64,000 bases of DNA. Origin: Bacillota bacterium. GTDB lineage: Bacteria; Bacillota; Clostridia; DSM-8532. A model generated the notes under the pieces. That model had not been told where the DNA came from and made no database searches. It saw only the letters and a list, made by a program, of their open reading frames with translations. The DNA is taken from contig JAEZLR010000029.1 of NCBI GenBank assembly GCA_023415205.1, positions 158,170 through 222,169 on the forward strand, read 5' to 3'. A program made the position numbers and the translations under genes. Below, piece after piece: positions 11,128 through 22,571 of the stretch (its first letter is position 1; the number at the start of each line of letters is the position of its first letter).

Positions 11128-12231
11128 TTACTGCCATGGATCATCATTCTGCTTCCACCGGGTGTCATTCTGCTCGTTGAGAATATAAACCACAACGTTT
11201 CTTCTTCCCCATTTTTTGACCTTGGCACTGCTATCGTAATATAGGTCAATGAGATTTCCCTTGATAGCGCTTCCGATATCGGCAGCGATGGCGAATCCAT
11301 AATCCGGTGCGGAGCCAGGCACCTCAACATAAACCTTGGTGCCTAAGGGGATAACCTTGGGATCCACAGCGATAACCCCTTCCCTGGCTTTAATTCCCGT
11401 ATAACAGATACCGAATCCGGGATCTCCTGGATTTTTCCCCGTATCGATAAAGGAGGAGGTATAGGCAGTCGCTTTCATATTCATGACTTTTGAATAGCGT
11501 ACCAGCTCACCTCGGGAGTTTTTAAAGTTAAGAACCGTTCCGAACTCTACAATTTTGCTGATTGGATCAAGAGCGGTTTTTTCATTGACAAAGGTTCTGT
11601 CAATGGGCTTACCATCCTCATAGGTGATCTTGTAGTATTTCTCCTTGATGCCGTTTTGGCCGCTGTTGATGGTTTTGGTTTCTCCATCGTTCATGGTGTT
11701 ATTGGGCCTTTCAATAACATCAAAGGGTATTTCCTCTGTTTCAGTAACAACTTCCTCTCGGACACGAATCAAATGAATATCCATGCCCTTGGTTACCGAA
11801 TCATTGGGACTGACGCCCTGGAACCTGTCTAAAGGGCCTATTGCAATACCATTTTCACGGATGACCTCCGCAACAGTATCCCGGTAAGACATGACCTCCC
11901 TAAGCTGGCCGTCGATCTTGAGGTTCAGGGGAACCGCCCGTTTGATGTTTACAACATTCAACGCTTGGCTATCTAAAACCGTATCAAGGGATGTGCTAAT
12001 GTAGTCGTAGGGCCCCACGGAAATATCCATGCGAGCGAGCGCCTGTTCAACATCAGTTCCCATTGTTTTCACGACGATTGGCTTGCCATTTTCAATTACC
12101 TGAATGTCCTTACTAAGGGTCGAATACAATGATACGCCTGCAGTAATGGATAAAACCGAAAGGATTAACAGCAAAGCCAATTGCTTAAGGGGAAGGGCAC
12201 GTTTGATGTACTTAAGGTATAATTCGTTCAT
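11128..12231 (-). CDS. yabE: YabE-like cell-wall-associated protein (DUF348/G5/3D domain architecture)
   Basis: N-terminal TM segment, G5-like middle, C-terminal 3D (Asp-rich, MltA-like) domain 'GVIAVDPKVIPLGTKVYVEVPG...DTG'; conserved position between tatD and ksgA as in Bacillus. Confidence 0.75.
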   Translation of the reverse strand: MNELYLKYIKRALPLKQLALLLILSVLSITAGVSLYSTLSKDIQVIENGKPIVVKTMGTDVEQALARMDISVGPYDYISTSLDTVLDSQALNVVNIKRAVPLNLKIDGQLREVMSYRDTVAEVIRENGIAIGPLDRFQGVSPNDSVTKGMDIHLIRVREEVVTETEEIPFDVIERPNNTMNDGETKTINSGQNGIKEKYYKITYEDGKPIDRTFVNEKTALDPISKIVEFGTVLNFKNSRGELVRYSKVMNMKATAYTSSFIDTGKNPGDPGFGICYTGIKAREGVIAVDPKVIPLGTKVYVEVPGSAPDYGFAIAADIGSAIKGNLIDLYYDSSAKVKKWGRRNVVVYILNEQNDTRWKQNDDPWQ

Positions 12232-12378
12232 TCAAACTTCCTCTCCTTATTAAATTAGGTTTTCGCAGCAACTCTAATATGCTTATCTTTCTTTTGTATC
12301 TCCATCGGCGGCATTTAGCCGTTTGTATGTAGTATCAGGGAAAATATCCCCAATTTTAAAACTGCAAGGCTTCTCTAT

Positions 12379-12406
12379 TTTATATCAACATGATTTTTTT
12401 TGTCAA
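12379..12406 (-). promoter_or_regulatory. sigma-A-like promoter for yabE (TTGACA-16-TATAAA on minus strand)
   Basis: Reverse complement reads TTGACAaaaaaaatcatgttgaTATAAA. Confidence 0.45.
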
Positions 12407-13131
12407 GGCTTGCCAACTTTGAGGGTTGTCAAAGAAGCTATTGCCCAATGGGCCGTGTCGGTATTGTAGGTAAAAACAACTTCCAGGGTGTTGTCCCCAC
12501 TGTCTAAGTAGACAAAGCCCTTTTCCTCCCGAAGGGATGCTTCAATGTGAATCTGTGTTTTGATTTCGTAGACCTCTCCCTGATCGGCCAATACTAAAAA
12601 GGGCTTTTTATCGCTGCTATTATTTTCCTCTTTAATGATTATGGCCCTAACCCCAGAAATTAATTCTATGTATTGCTCAAGAGAGTAGGTTTTTCCCCAG
12701 AGGTTACAATTATTGCTTAAAAAAGTCCAGGATTCTTCCCAATTGCCGGAAGACAGATGGCCAAAGTACTGTGAAGCCACCTGATAAACCTCATCCTCCA
12801 TGAAGGATTTATAATTCCGCAGGGCTTCGTTTTGGGTCTGTAATTCAATCAGACTTTCATTTTCCTTTTGAAGGGCTTCACTGACCTGCTTTTCCAGCTC
12901 CACAATCCTGTTTCGCTGTGAGTCATTCTGGTCCTTCAGGGTGTCCATATTCCGTTCCAGCTCATCAATGGTGGACTGAAGGGTGAGATTCTGGCCTCGG
13001 AGCCAGTCCTGCTCAATTTTATCAGTATTCCTTTGGTTAAGAAGGTTTTCCTTGTCCCATAGGAGATAGTTGAGCATGAGAAAGACAAACAGGACCAGTA
13101 ATGAAATCATGACAATCACAAATTTCTTCAT
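12403..13131 (-). CDS. membrane-anchored coiled-coil hypothetical protein
   Basis: N-terminal TM helix (VIVMISLLVLFVFLMLNYLLW), heptad-rich Q/E/L segment, C-terminal globular domain; no family recognised. Confidence 0.55.
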   Translation of the reverse strand: MKKFVIVMISLLVLFVFLMLNYLLWDKENLLNQRNTDKIEQDWLRGQNLTLQSTIDELERNMDTLKDQNDSQRNRIVELEKQVSEALQKENESLIELQTQNEALRNYKSFMEDEVYQVASQYFGHLSSGNWEESWTFLSNNCNLWGKTYSLEQYIELISGVRAIIIKEENNSSDKKPFLVLADQGEVYEIKTQIHIEASLREEKGFVYLDSGDNTLEVVFTYNTDTAHWAIASLTTLKVGKP

Positions 13132-13167
13132 TGTATACCCCCTGTCTCTTGCATTGAAAACCGTGAA

Positions 13168-13929
13168 TCACAGTCCGAACAATCGGATGGCATTATGTGT
13201 GGTTGCTTCTTCAACAGCCTTTTCGTCCGTGTTCTTTATCTCGGAAATTTTCCTCAAAACCGGCCGCATAAGCCCCGACCAATTTCTCTTTCCCCGAAAG
13301 GGCTCCGGGGCCATATAGGGGCAATCGGTTTCAATTAATAGCATGTCAAGGGGCGCATAGTGCACGACCTCAGCAGGCTTATGGGCATTTTTAAAAGTCA
13401 GCGCGCCCCCTATGCCAATTCTAAAGCCTAGCTCCAGAACCTCCCTGGCCATCTCCTTTGACCCTGAAAAGCAGTGAAACACTCCGCCGACCTCATAGCC
13501 TTTTTCTGCTCGGACAATATCCAGGATATCCCGATGGGATTCTCTGTCATGAATGATGAGGGGTAGGCCCAGGCTTCTGGCTAGAGCGATCTGCTTAGCA
13601 AACCATTCTTTTTGAACCGTCCGGGGTGAGAAATCATAATGGTAGTCCAAGCCTATCTCTCCCACGGCCACGACTTTATCCCTTTTAGATAAATCAGCCA
13701 GCTCCCCAAGGGTGCGATCATCACATTCTGAGACATCGTGGGGATGCACCCCCACGGCTGCATATACAAAGGGATACGCCTCAGAAAGTATAATAGATTT
13801 TCTGGAGCTCTCCAAATTGCTCCCTGGGTTAATAATATGAGTCACACCCTCTGAAACACAGGCTTTGAGAACCTCGTCCCGGTCAGGGTCAAATTTTTCA
13901 TCATCATAGTGGGCATGTGAGTCGATCAA
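13168..13929 (-). CDS. tatD: TatD-family metal-dependent DNase/hydrolase
   Basis: IDSHAHYD N-terminal motif, conserved His/Asp/Glu ligand positions; likely TTG start at 13929 with GGAG RBS (the listed ORF extends to ATG 14013 in a region overlapping metG). Confidence 0.85.
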   Translation of the reverse strand: MIDSHAHYDDEKFDPDRDEVLKACVSEGVTHIINPGSNLESSRKSIILSEAYPFVYAAVGVHPHDVSECDDRTLGELADLSKRDKVVAVGEIGLDYHYDFSPRTVQKEWFAKQIALARSLGLPLIIHDRESHRDILDIVRAEKGYEVGGVFHCFSGSKEMAREVLELGFRIGIGGALTFKNAHKPAEVVHYAPLDMLLIETDCPYMAPEPFRGKRNWSGLMRPVLRKISEIKNTDEKAVEEATTHNAIRLFGL

Positions 13930-13960
13930 GGCTAACGCTCCATTTCTAAATAGTAATAAA

Positions 13961-15952
13961 TCAACTAACCTTGGTTCCCGAGGGGATATCCCCCTCCACG
14001 GTGACCAGCACAAGCCTTCCGGTCTCCTTGTCCGAGGCAGCCAGAATCATTCCCTGGCTTTCAATGCCCCTTAGCTTGGCAGGCTTCAGATTAGCCACAA
14101 GGATGAGGATTTTCCCCACCATTTCTTCGGGAGAATAATACTGGGCAATACCTGATACCACCTGCCGTTCTTCGGCGCCGCACTGAACCTTGAGCTTTAA
14201 TAACTTATCGCTCTTTTCCACCTTTTCACAGGCCAATACCTTTACTACCCGGAGCTCCAGCTTGGCAAAGTCCTCAATTCCTATGAGCTTAACACCCTCC
14301 GGATTTTCTGAGGGGACTTCGGCCTTTTGAACAGGAGCCTTTTCCTCTTCCTTCACAGGGGCTTTCTCTTCTGTGGCGGCTCCGCCACTCAGGGCTGAAA
14401 GCGCTTCCAGCTCCTTGGCCATATCAATTCTGGGGAAGATGATGGCTCCCGTTGCTACGGGATTGGCGGGTTCATAGGCTCCCCAGACCCCTGCGCTTTC
14501 CCAGGTTCTCTGGCTTTCAGGAACAGAGAGCTGGCTCCATATTTTTTCAGGGGTTTCAGGCATGAAGGGCTGAATGAGGATGGAAACAATACGGATGCTC
14601 TCCGCCAGATTGTACATCACCTGAGCGAGGCGCGGCTTCTTTTCCTCGTCCTTTGCCAGGGCCCAGGGCATCGTCTCATCAATATATTTGTTAGTGCGGG
14701 AGATGGCCCGCCAGATTTCAGTGAGTGCTGTGCTGAACTGGAGCTTGTCCAACAGCTCCTCGGTTCTAGCCTTGCTTTGGCTGACAACCGCCTTGAGCTC
14801 CTCATCAAAGGCGCCTTCTTCTCTATCCTTGGGGATCATCCCCCCGAAATACTTCTGGATCATGGCTACCGTACGGCTGACCAGGTTGCCCAGATCATTG
14901 GCCAGATCAGAGTTGATACGGGAGATGAGGGCTTCATTGGAGAACACCCCGTCGGAGCCGAAGGGAACCTCCCTTAGGAGAAAATATCGAATGGCATCCA
15001 AACCGTACTTTTCAACCAGTACCACCGGATCTACCACATTGCCCTTGGATTTGGACATTTTCCCGCCTTCCAGCACAAGCCAGCCATGACCAAAGACCTG
15101 TTTGGGAAGTGGAAGGTTCAGGGCCATCAGCATGGCGGGCCAGATAATGGTATGGAAGCGGATGATTTCTTTTCCCACCAAGTGGACATCTGCCGGCCAG
15201 AATGTATTGAAGTTCTTTTCGTTGTCCGACAAATAACCCAGGGCGGTAATATAGTTGGATAAGGCATCAATCCAGACATAAACCACATGCTTAGAATCAA
15301 AGGTCACCGGAACACCCCAGTTAAAGGAGGTACGGGACACACATAAATCTTCCAGCCCCGGGCGGAGGAAATTATTGAGCATTTCATTACGACGGGAGAT
15401 GGGCTGAACAAACTCAGGATTCTCCTCCAAAAGCTGGATGAGCTTATCCTGATATTTGGAAAGCTTGAAAAAATAGCTCTCCTCGCGGGTTTTTTCTACG
15501 CCTCTTCCGCAGTCCGGGCACTTGCCGTCCACCAGTTGGGTTTCAGTCCAGAAGGATTCACAGGGCGTGCAATACCAGCCTTCATACTCACTCTTGTAGA
15601 TGTCCCCCTGATCATACAGGGTCTTAAATATTTTTTGAACAGCCTCTATATGCTCCTGATCGGTGGTGCGAATAAACTTGTCATGGGTGATCTTCATTAG
15701 GCTCCACAGGCCTTTGATCCCCTCGACGATTTTATCAACGTATTCTTTGGGGGACACGCCATTTTCGGCGGCCACTCTCTGAATTTTCTGACCATGCTCA
15801 TCGGTTCCCGTCAAGAACATGACCTCATAGCCCTGAAGTCTTTTATAGCGGGCCATGGTATCTGCCGCAACAGTGGTATAGGAGTGTCCAATATGAAGTT
15901 TCCCGCTAGGGTAATAAATGGGGGTGGTAATGTAAAATGTTTTCTTGCTCAC
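13961..15952 (-). CDS. metG: methionine--tRNA ligase with C-terminal EMAP/Trbp111-like tRNA-binding domain
   Basis: HIGH motif (KLHIGHSYT), KMSKS, Zn-knuckle cysteines (CPDCG), C-terminal OB-fold tRNA-binding domain. Confidence 0.95.
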   Translation of the reverse strand: MSKKTFYITTPIYYPSGKLHIGHSYTTVAADTMARYKRLQGYEVMFLTGTDEHGQKIQRVAAENGVSPKEYVDKIVEGIKGLWSLMKITHDKFIRTTDQEHIEAVQKIFKTLYDQGDIYKSEYEGWYCTPCESFWTETQLVDGKCPDCGRGVEKTREESYFFKLSKYQDKLIQLLEENPEFVQPISRRNEMLNNFLRPGLEDLCVSRTSFNWGVPVTFDSKHVVYVWIDALSNYITALGYLSDNEKNFNTFWPADVHLVGKEIIRFHTIIWPAMLMALNLPLPKQVFGHGWLVLEGGKMSKSKGNVVDPVVLVEKYGLDAIRYFLLREVPFGSDGVFSNEALISRINSDLANDLGNLVSRTVAMIQKYFGGMIPKDREEGAFDEELKAVVSQSKARTEELLDKLQFSTALTEIWRAISRTNKYIDETMPWALAKDEEKKPRLAQVMYNLAESIRIVSILIQPFMPETPEKIWSQLSVPESQRTWESAGVWGAYEPANPVATGAIIFPRIDMAKELEALSALSGGAATEEKAPVKEEEKAPVQKAEVPSENPEGVKLIGIEDFAKLELRVVKVLACEKVEKSDKLLKLKVQCGAEERQVVSGIAQYYSPEEMVGKILILVANLKPAKLRGIESQGMILAASDKETGRLVLVTVEGDIPSGTKVS

Positions 15953-16041
15953 GTGAATTGTCCCTCCAACTAAAATCCGATCTTTGTCACTCTATAGATC
16001 AATAAAAAGTCTGTTCCATTAATTGCATTATAGCATACCTG

Positions 16042-16542
16042 TTACAGGTTTGTAACATTGTCTTGGACGGTAAGAACAGCCGTACAGAAGATACCGTTAC
16101 CCTTACCGAACTCGGTCAGCCCCTCCCCTGTTGTTGCTGTCAGCCCCACACATCGTGGACTTATACCCAAAAGGGTGCCCACACTTTCACGGATGCGTTC
16201 AATATGGGGGGAGAGCTTGGGTCTTAAGGCTTCCACCGAAAGGGAGACATGAATGATTTGATAACCCTTCAAGGTCTCCAGTGCCTTGTTAAGGTATACC
16301 GAGCTGTCGGTAATACCCTGTTTGAGGCACAGATCATCGGAGACCTTTCCCAGAATATTCACACAGGTTATTCCTGAAATGGCGTTGGTAAGCGCATGAA
16401 GAATCACATCGGCATCGCTGTTTCCCAATAGCCCGGGACACCCTTCAATGGGAACCCCTCCTAAAACAAGCTTCTTATCACAGTTTTCATCGCAAAAGCG
16501 ATGACTGTCCTGCCCAATGGCTACCCTGATCAACAAAATCAT
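16042..16542 (-). CDS. ispF: 2-C-methyl-D-erythritol 2,4-cyclodiphosphate synthase
   Basis: IGQDSHRF metal-binding motif and IspF-like length (~160 aa). Confidence 0.85.
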   Translation of the reverse strand: MILLIRVAIGQDSHRFCDENCDKKLVLGGVPIEGCPGLLGNSDADVILHALTNAISGITCVNILGKVSDDLCLKQGITDSSVYLNKALETLKGYQIIHVSLSVEALRPKLSPHIERIRESVGTLLGISPRCVGLTATTGEGLTEFGKGNGIFCTAVLTVQDNVTNL

Positions 16543-16700
16543 CCCCTTAAAGCATTGTACCCTTTACACGCGTGACTATAAACCCTTGCTGTGCTATGGA
16601 ATAAAAATAATGGCAAGCCATTTTCAGGGCTTGGCCTCTGTTATATAATAATATCAATTTTATCAGCAATTGAAGAATCTAAAAAGGGTTAGGAGCTTTT

Positions 16701-17423
16701 ATGATGTACCGGAACATTATTTTCGATCTTTACGGCACCCTTCTTGAAATTAAGACTGAGGAAGAATCCCATGACTTTTGGACCTTTATGGCCCGTCATT
16801 TCAGTTATAATGGAGCCTTTTATGAAGCCGCTCCGTTGAAAAAGCGTTATCTTCAACTGGTTGACCAGGCACTTGAAGCAAGAAGGGCTGTGACGGAATA
16901 TCCGGATATTCAAATATTAGACATCTTCCGAGAGCTTTTTCACGAAAAGGATGTGGCCCTTGAGGAGACCCTGGTTATACAGACGGCAAGGGTCTTCAGG
17001 AATCTATCCACGCGTATGATCCAGCTTTTTGACGGCGTAAAGGATACGCTTCAGGGGCTTAAGGACAGAGGCACCCGCATTTTCCTCCTCTCCAACGGAC
17101 AAAGGGAGTTCACCCTTCCCGAGCTCAAGGCCTTCGGTATCGACCATTACTTTGACAGGATCTGCTCCTCATCGGATATTGGCTTCTGCAAGCCCGATAC
17201 ACGCTTTTTTGAGCATCTAATAAAACTCGAAGGACTGGATGTGAAAAGCACCCTCATGGTGGGGAACGATCATACCTCGGACATTGAGGGAGCCCGCCGT
17301 TTGGGTATGGATGCGCTCTATATACATACCTCCAATTCAAGGAGGATAGACCCCTCACAGGTTCAATGTCGCTTTAAAATTCCCGACGGAAATTTCTTAA
17401 GTATTCAAAAGTATATCTTTTAG
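16701..17423 (+). CDS. HAD-superfamily hydrolase (subfamily IA-like)
   Basis: FDLYGTL motif I, SNG motif II, K...[11 protein letters not shown] motif III/IV; AGGAG RBS. Confidence 0.8.
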   Translation: MMYRNIIFDLYGTLLEIKTEEESHDFWTFMARHFSYNGAFYEAAPLKKRYLQLVDQALEARRAVTEYPDIQILDIFRELFHEKDVALEETLVIQTARVFRNLSTRMIQLFDGVKDTLQGLKDRGTRIFLLSNGQREFTLPELKAFGIDHYFDRICSSSDIGFCKPDTRFFEHLIKLEGLDVKSTLMVGNDHTSDIEGARRLGMDALYIHTSNSRRIDPSQVQCRFKIPDGNFLSIQKYIF

Positions 17424-20400
17424 CTGATTTTGGAGGCTTCCGGTTTAAAGGAGCCGGTGCTGGGCTCAGCTTCTTCCATGGTCTCAAAGGCTTTGGACAA
17501 CATCAGCTTGATGCGATTTAACTGGTTAACCTCGCTGGCCCCGGGATCATAATCCACTGCCACGATATTGGTCCCCGGATACAATCGCTTGAGCTCCTTG
17601 ATCATGCCCTTGCCTACCACATGGTTGGGCAGACAGGCAAAGGGCTGCATACAGATGATATTTTTCACACCGTTATGGATCAGTTCCACCATTTCGCCGG
17701 TAAGCAGCCAGCCCTCACCGGTTTGATTGCCCAGGGACATGATTTGGGATGCGCCGTGGGCTATTTCCTGGATGGTTTTTTGAAGATAGAAACGTCGGCT
17801 CTTCTTCAAGACCTTTTTATAGGTTCTTCGATACCCTTCAACGATCTGAATAATGGCAAAACCCACAAAACGGCTCAACCAGCTTCCCGATCCATTTTTA
17901 TAGGCAAAATCCCGATTATAGGCACAGTAGAGAAAAAAGTCAATCAGGCTGGGCATAACCGCCTCTGCCCCCTCTGCCTCAACGACATCCACCACATTGT
18001 TATTAGCAGTAGGGTGAAATTTTACAAGGATCTCTCCTACCAGCCCCACCCTGGGCTTCTTCTCGTTGGTAGTTTCCAGAGCGTCAAATTCTCTTACTAT
18101 TCCCCCCAGGTTCTCCTTGAATGTTTTAAACCGGCCTTTTCTTAATGATCCCAGACAAATCTGCACCCATTTTTCATAAAGCTTGTTGGCGGAGCCCTTG
18201 ATGGCCTCGTAGGGCCTGACCCTGTAAAGAACACTCATGAGCAAATCTCCGTAGACCAAGGCCATGATGGACCGGTTGATCAAAGGGAGAGTAAGGGTGA
18301 AGCCGGGGTTTTTCTCCATTCCGTTAAGATTAAGTGAGATGACGGGAACATGTCCAAACCCCGCATCTAAGAGCGCTTTCCTTAAAAAGGCTATGTAGTT
18401 GGTGGCACGGCATCCGCCGCCGGTCTGGGTAATGATCACGGAGGTATTGTCGGTGTCGTAGTCCCCGGATTGGAGGGCTTCAATAATTTGACCCACCACA
18501 AGGATGGAGGGGTAGCAGGCGTCATTGTTGACATACTTTAAACCCACCTCCACAGCCTTGCTGTCGTTAGGAGGCAGGATGACAACCCTGTAGCCTGAAA
18601 GCCTGAAGGCTTCTTCCACAAACCTGAAATGAATGGGTGACATCTCGGGGGCGATCAGGGTATGTTCCTTTTTCATTTTCTTGGTAAAGGGTATCTTTGT
18701 ATAGGGGTTTGCTTTGGCCCCAGGTCTTCTTTTCTTTTCCCGTTCAGCCATGGCCGCCTTTAAGGAGCGAAGTCTGATCCTCGCAGCCCCCAGGTTGTTT
18801 CCCTCGTCAATTTTTAGGGTGGTATAGATCTTTGAATCAAGATCCAGAATCTCCTTGACCTGGTCGGTGGTGACGGCATCAAGGCCACAACCAAAGGAGT
18901 TGAGCTGAACAAGCTCCAGATCCTCCCTTTGAGCCACAAAGCTAGCCGCCAGATAAAGCCTGGAGTGATAAACCCATTGATTTACGACCCTTAAGGGATT
19001 TTTAAGCTTACCCAGATGGGCCACCGAATCCTCGGTGAGCACGGCCAGACCTAGAGAATTAATCAACTCAGGAATACCATGGTGGATATAGGGGTCCGCA
19101 TGATAGGGACGTCCTGCCAGTACAATCCCCTTAAGTCCTTTTTCCTCCATTACCTTAAGGGCCTTGTCCCCAGCCAGAGCCATATCCCCTCTGAATAAAT
19201 TCAAGGCTTCATAGGCCTTTTCAACAGCCCCTACTATTTCTCCCTGAAGGAAGGCGAAGGACTTAAGCTCCTCCTTAAGCCTTTTAATAAGCCTTTTCTT
19301 GTGGTTCAGGGGGAGAAAGGGGTGCATGAAGCGCACTGACGGCCCCCGCAGCATCTCCACATTCTTTGCAATAACCTCCGGATAGGAGATGACAATGGGA
19401 CAGTTATAGTCATTGTCCGCTAACTCATAACGGATGTTCTCATGGGTGATTGACGGATAAAAGATGAAGCTAATGCCTTTTTCAATCAGGTTCATGATGT
19501 GGCCGTGAACTATTTTCCCCGGATAGCACACAGATTCTGAGGGCATGGTCTCAATCCCCTTTTCATAGAGCTCCTTGGTTGAAGGGTCCGAGAGGACGAC
19601 CCTAAAGCCCAATTGGGTAAAAAGGGTGAACCAAAAGGGATAGTCTTCGTACATATTGAGAACCCGGGGAATGCCTACCGTTCCTCTGACGGCCTTGTCC
19701 TCGGAAAGAGGACGATAATCAAAAACTCTCTCATACTTGTATTGGAATAAGTTGGGGAGGCTCTGGGATGTCTTCCCCCCTCCTTCTCCCTTTTCGCACC
19801 GGTTGCCCGAGATAAAACGCCCGCCATTACTAAAGCGATTGATGGTCAGCAGGCAGTTATTGGCGCAGTGACCACAACGGGCTGCTTTTGTAGTCAGCTT
19901 AAGGCTTACAAGCTCATGAGCCTTAAGCAGGGTGGAGCCATGGGAGGCATCATACCGCTCCCGAGCCAGCAATGCGGCGCCGAAGGCCCCCATGATCCCC
20001 GAGATGTCGGGACGGATCACCTCTGTGCCCGACAACAGCTCAAAGCTTCTTAAAACCGCATCATTATAGAAGGTTCCGCCCTGAACCACAATCTTCTCTC
20101 CCAAATCCTCCGGATTTCTGGCCTTAATCACCTTAAACAGGGCGTTTTTTATCACAGAATAGGACAGTCCCGCTGAAATATCTCCGACGGTTGCCCCTTC
20201 CTTTTGTGCCTGCTTTACTCTGGAATTCATAAAAACCGTGCATCGGGACCCCAGGTCCACGGGTTTTTCGGCAAACAGGGCCTCCTTGGCAAAATCCTCA
20301 GCGCTCATGCTCAGCGAAGCGGCAAAGGTATCCAAAAATGAGCCGCAGCCCGAGGAGCAGGCCTCATTCAGAAGGATGTGCTCCACAACCCCATCCCGGG

Positions 20401-21715
20401 TCTGAAGGCTTTTCATGTCCTGTCCGCCAATATCCAAAATGAAATCCACACCGGGACAGAAAAAATCAGCCGCCTTATGATGAGCTATGGTTTCAATCTC
20501 CCCGATATCCACCTTGAGCGCTGACTTAATAAGTCCTTCACCATAGCCTGTGACTGCGGAGGAGACTATTCTGGCGCCTTCCGGTAAAGCACGGTAGAGA
20601 GCTTCCAAGGCCTTTACTGTAGAATTTAAGGGACTTCCTTCATTGCTGCCGTAATGGGTGAAGAGAAGCGCTCCCTCTTTATCAATCAAGGCCATTTTGG
20701 TCGTTGTTGATCCGGCATCGATACCCAGAAAACAATCGCCATCATAGGTTCCCAGGTTTTTTCTCTTTACAGCATGCTTGCTGTGCCGTTCTGAAAACCT
20801 CTGGTAGTCCTCCTGAGAAGAGAATAGGGGAGCAAGCCGCTGAGACTCAACGGAGTCAAAGCTTTTTATATCTTCCAGCCTGCCTAAGAGGCTCCTGAAA
20901 AGAAAGGGTTCCTGGTTCACAGAGGTCAAGGCCGCCCCAATGGCCACAAAGAGCTGTGAATTCTCGGGAAAGATAATTTGGTGATCTTCTAGGCCGAGGG
21001 TTTCAATAAACCTGTTTCGCAGCTCAGAGAGGAAATACAAAGGCCCCCCCAAAAAGGCGACATTTCCCTTGATAGGTCTTCCACAGGCCAGACCGCTGAT
21101 GGTTTGAATAACAACAGCCTGGAGCACCGACACGGCAATGTCCTCTTTGGCCACCCCTTCATTCAGTAGGGGCTGAACATCAGTTTTGGCAAAAACACCG
21201 CACCGGGCGGCAATAGGATAGATAACCTTATGGTTTCTGGCCAGTTCGTTGAGTCCCTGGGCATCCACCATCATCAGCGAAGCCATCTGGTCAATAAAAG
21301 AGCCTGTCCCACCCGCACAAGTGCCGTTCATGCGCTGCTCCGTCCCATGGGTGAAATAGGTGATCTTGGCATCCTCTCCCCCTAGCTCAATCGCCACATC
21401 GGTTTCGGGATAGTAGGCTTGAATAGCATTGGTGGCTGCGATGACCTCCTGGGTAAAAGGAATCTTCAAGGCTTTGGCAATACTCATTCCACCCGAGCCG
21501 GTGATCATAAGGGTCACGGCTCCATCCATGACGATATTGCCGGTATAGTGAAGAATCTGCTGGAGCTTTTTCTTTATATCGGAATAGTGTCGTTCATATT
21601 TGCTATATATCAATTCGCCCTCTTGATTGAGAAGCACGACCTTGATGGTTGTGGAGCCGATATCAATACCCACCCGAAAAACATTCTTACGACCCAAAGC
21701 GGTTTCCTCCTTCAA
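17420..21715 (-). CDS. Fusion protein: two BadF/BadG/BcrA/BcrD-type ATPase (acyl-CoA dehydratase activase-like) domains plus 2-hydroxyacyl-CoA dehydratase (HgdB/BcrB)-like / double-cubane-cluster-type domain
   Basis: Two GIDxGST(T/K) ASKHA ATPase starts ([11 protein letters not shown]; [11 protein letters not shown]), Cys-rich segments (CGHCANNC...C), long C-terminal HGD-D-like region; likely start TTG at 21697 after AGGAGG RBS. Confidence 0.75.
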   Translation of the reverse strand: MKEETALGRKNVFRVGIDIGSTTIKVVLLNQEGELIYSKYERHYSDIKKKLQQILHYTGNIVMDGAVTLMITGSGGMSIAKALKIPFTQEVIAATNAIQAYYPETDVAIELGGEDAKITYFTHGTEQRMNGTCAGGTGSFIDQMASLMMVDAQGLNELARNHKVIYPIAARCGVFAKTDVQPLLNEGVAKEDIAVSVLQAVVIQTISGLACGRPIKGNVAFLGGPLYFLSELRNRFIETLGLEDHQIIFPENSQLFVAIGAALTSVNQEPFLFRSLLGRLEDIKSFDSVESQRLAPLFSSQEDYQRFSERHSKHAVKRKNLGTYDGDCFLGIDAGSTTTKMALIDKEGALLFTHYGSNEGSPLNSTVKALEALYRALPEGARIVSSAVTGYGEGLIKSALKVDIGEIETIAHHKAADFFCPGVDFILDIGGQDMKSLQTRDGVVEHILLNEACSSGCGSFLDTFAASLSMSAEDFAKEALFAEKPVDLGSRCTVFMNSRVKQAQKEGATVGDISAGLSYSVIKNALFKVIKARNPEDLGEKIVVQGGTFYNDAVLRSFELLSGTEVIRPDISGIMGAFGAALLARERYDASHGSTLLKAHELVSLKLTTKAARCGHCANNCLLTINRFSNGGRFISGNRCEKGEGGGKTSQSLPNLFQYKYERVFDYRPLSEDKAVRGTVGIPRVLNMYEDYPFWFTLFTQLGFRVVLSDPSTKELYEKGIETMPSESVCYPGKIVHGHIMNLIEKGISFIFYPSITHENIRYELADNDYNCPIVISYPEVIAKNVEMLRGPSVRFMHPFLPLNHKKRLIKRLKEELKSFAFLQGEIVGAVEKAYEALNLFRGDMALAGDKALKVMEEKGLKGIVLAGRPYHADPYIHHGIPELINSLGLAVLTEDSVAHLGKLKNPLRVVNQWVYHSRLYLAASFVAQREDLELVQLNSFGCGLDAVTTDQVKEILDLDSKIYTTLKIDEGNNLGAARIRLRSLKAAMAEREKKRRPGAKANPYTKIPFTKKMKKEHTLIAPEMSPIHFRFVEEAFRLSGYRVVILPPNDSKAVEVGLKYVNNDACYPSILVVGQIIEALQSGDYDTDNTSVIITQTGGGCRATNYIAFLRKALLDAGFGHVPVISLNLNGMEKNPGFTLTLPLINRSIMALVYGDLLMSVLYRVRPYEAIKGSANKLYEKWVQICLGSLRKGRFKTFKENLGGIVREFDALETTNEKKPRVGLVGEILVKFHPTANNNVVDVVEAEGAEAVMPSLIDFFLYCAYNRDFAYKNGSGSWLSRFVGFAIIQIVEGYRRTYKKVLKKSRRFYLQKTIQEIAHGASQIMSLGNQTGEGWLLTGEMVELIHNGVKNIICMQPFACLPNHVVGKGMIKELKRLYPGTNIVAVDYDPGASEVNQLNRIKLMLSKAFETMEEAEPSTGSFKPEASKIS

Positions 21716-21883
21716 ACGGCCTGTTTCTGGCCAACTTGAACAGTAAAGCCTCTGGCTTTACATTCCTTATTTTACAATAAATTAAGCGTCATGTAAAAGC
21801 GATGTAGGATCACTGAAAAACTACTGATAAATCTTACGCATGAGCCTTTGGCCCATACTCTCAGAGTAAATATTAAGAGACAT

Positions 21884-21918
21884 AAAAAAACCAGAAGAAA
21901 TTGCATCTCCTGGTTGTC
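21884..21918 (-). terminator. Rho-independent terminator after rex
   Basis: On minus strand 10-bp stem (AACCAGGAGA/TCTTCTGGTT incl. one G.U) + 7 U. Confidence 0.75.
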
Positions 21919-21935
21919 CGTTCATTTATAGTCTT

Positions 21936-22571
21936 TTAGAAGCCCTTTTCTCTTAAGCGGTATCCCAGAACCATCAAGCTGTCGCTTAAGTGAACGTTCT
22001 CCACAACAGTATCATTATCCAGCCTCAGATCGGTGGGTGAGAAATTCCATATTCCCTTGATTCCCAGGGAGGTCATTTTCGTGGCCACATCATTGATTTT
22101 ACTATTGGGAACCGTAAGCATGGCAATATCCACCTTAGTGCCCTCTAAAAATTTTTCTAGCTGGTTTATGTGGAGCACCTTGATGCCATGGATGCTGGTA
22201 CCCACCTTCTCCTTGGACTCATCGAAAATAGCGACGATATCGTAACCACGCTTTTTAAAGTTCTCATAATTGGCCAGTGCATTACCCATGTTACCGGCTC
22301 CCACGATGATACAGTTGAAACGTTTGTTGACGCCAAGAATCCGGCCAATTTCTTCATACAGGGACTCAACATTATAGCCGTAGCCTTGCTGCCCAAACCC
22401 GCCAAAGCAGTTAAGATCCTGACGAATTTGGGAAGCGGTGATGCCCATGCGCTCACTGAGTTCTTTGGAGGAAATGCGTTTTATATCCAGCTTAATGAGA
22501 TCAGATAAATAACGAAAATATCTGGGAAGCCTCCTTATAACTGCAATAGAAATTTTCTTATCTTCACTCAT
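21936..22571 (-). CDS. rex: redox-sensing transcriptional repressor Rex
   Basis: N-terminal winged helix 'RRLPRYFRYL', Rossmann GxGxxG (IVGAGNMG) NADH-binding domain; ~211 aa. Confidence 0.92.
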   Translation of the reverse strand: MSEDKKISIAVIRRLPRYFRYLSDLIKLDIKRISSKELSERMGITASQIRQDLNCFGGFGQQGYGYNVESLYEEIGRILGVNKRFNCIIVGAGNMGNALANYENFKKRGYDIVAIFDESKEKVGTSIHGIKVLHINQLEKFLEGTKVDIAMLTVPNSKINDVATKMTSLGIKGIWNFSPTDLRLDNDTVVENVHLSDSLMVLGYRLREKGF

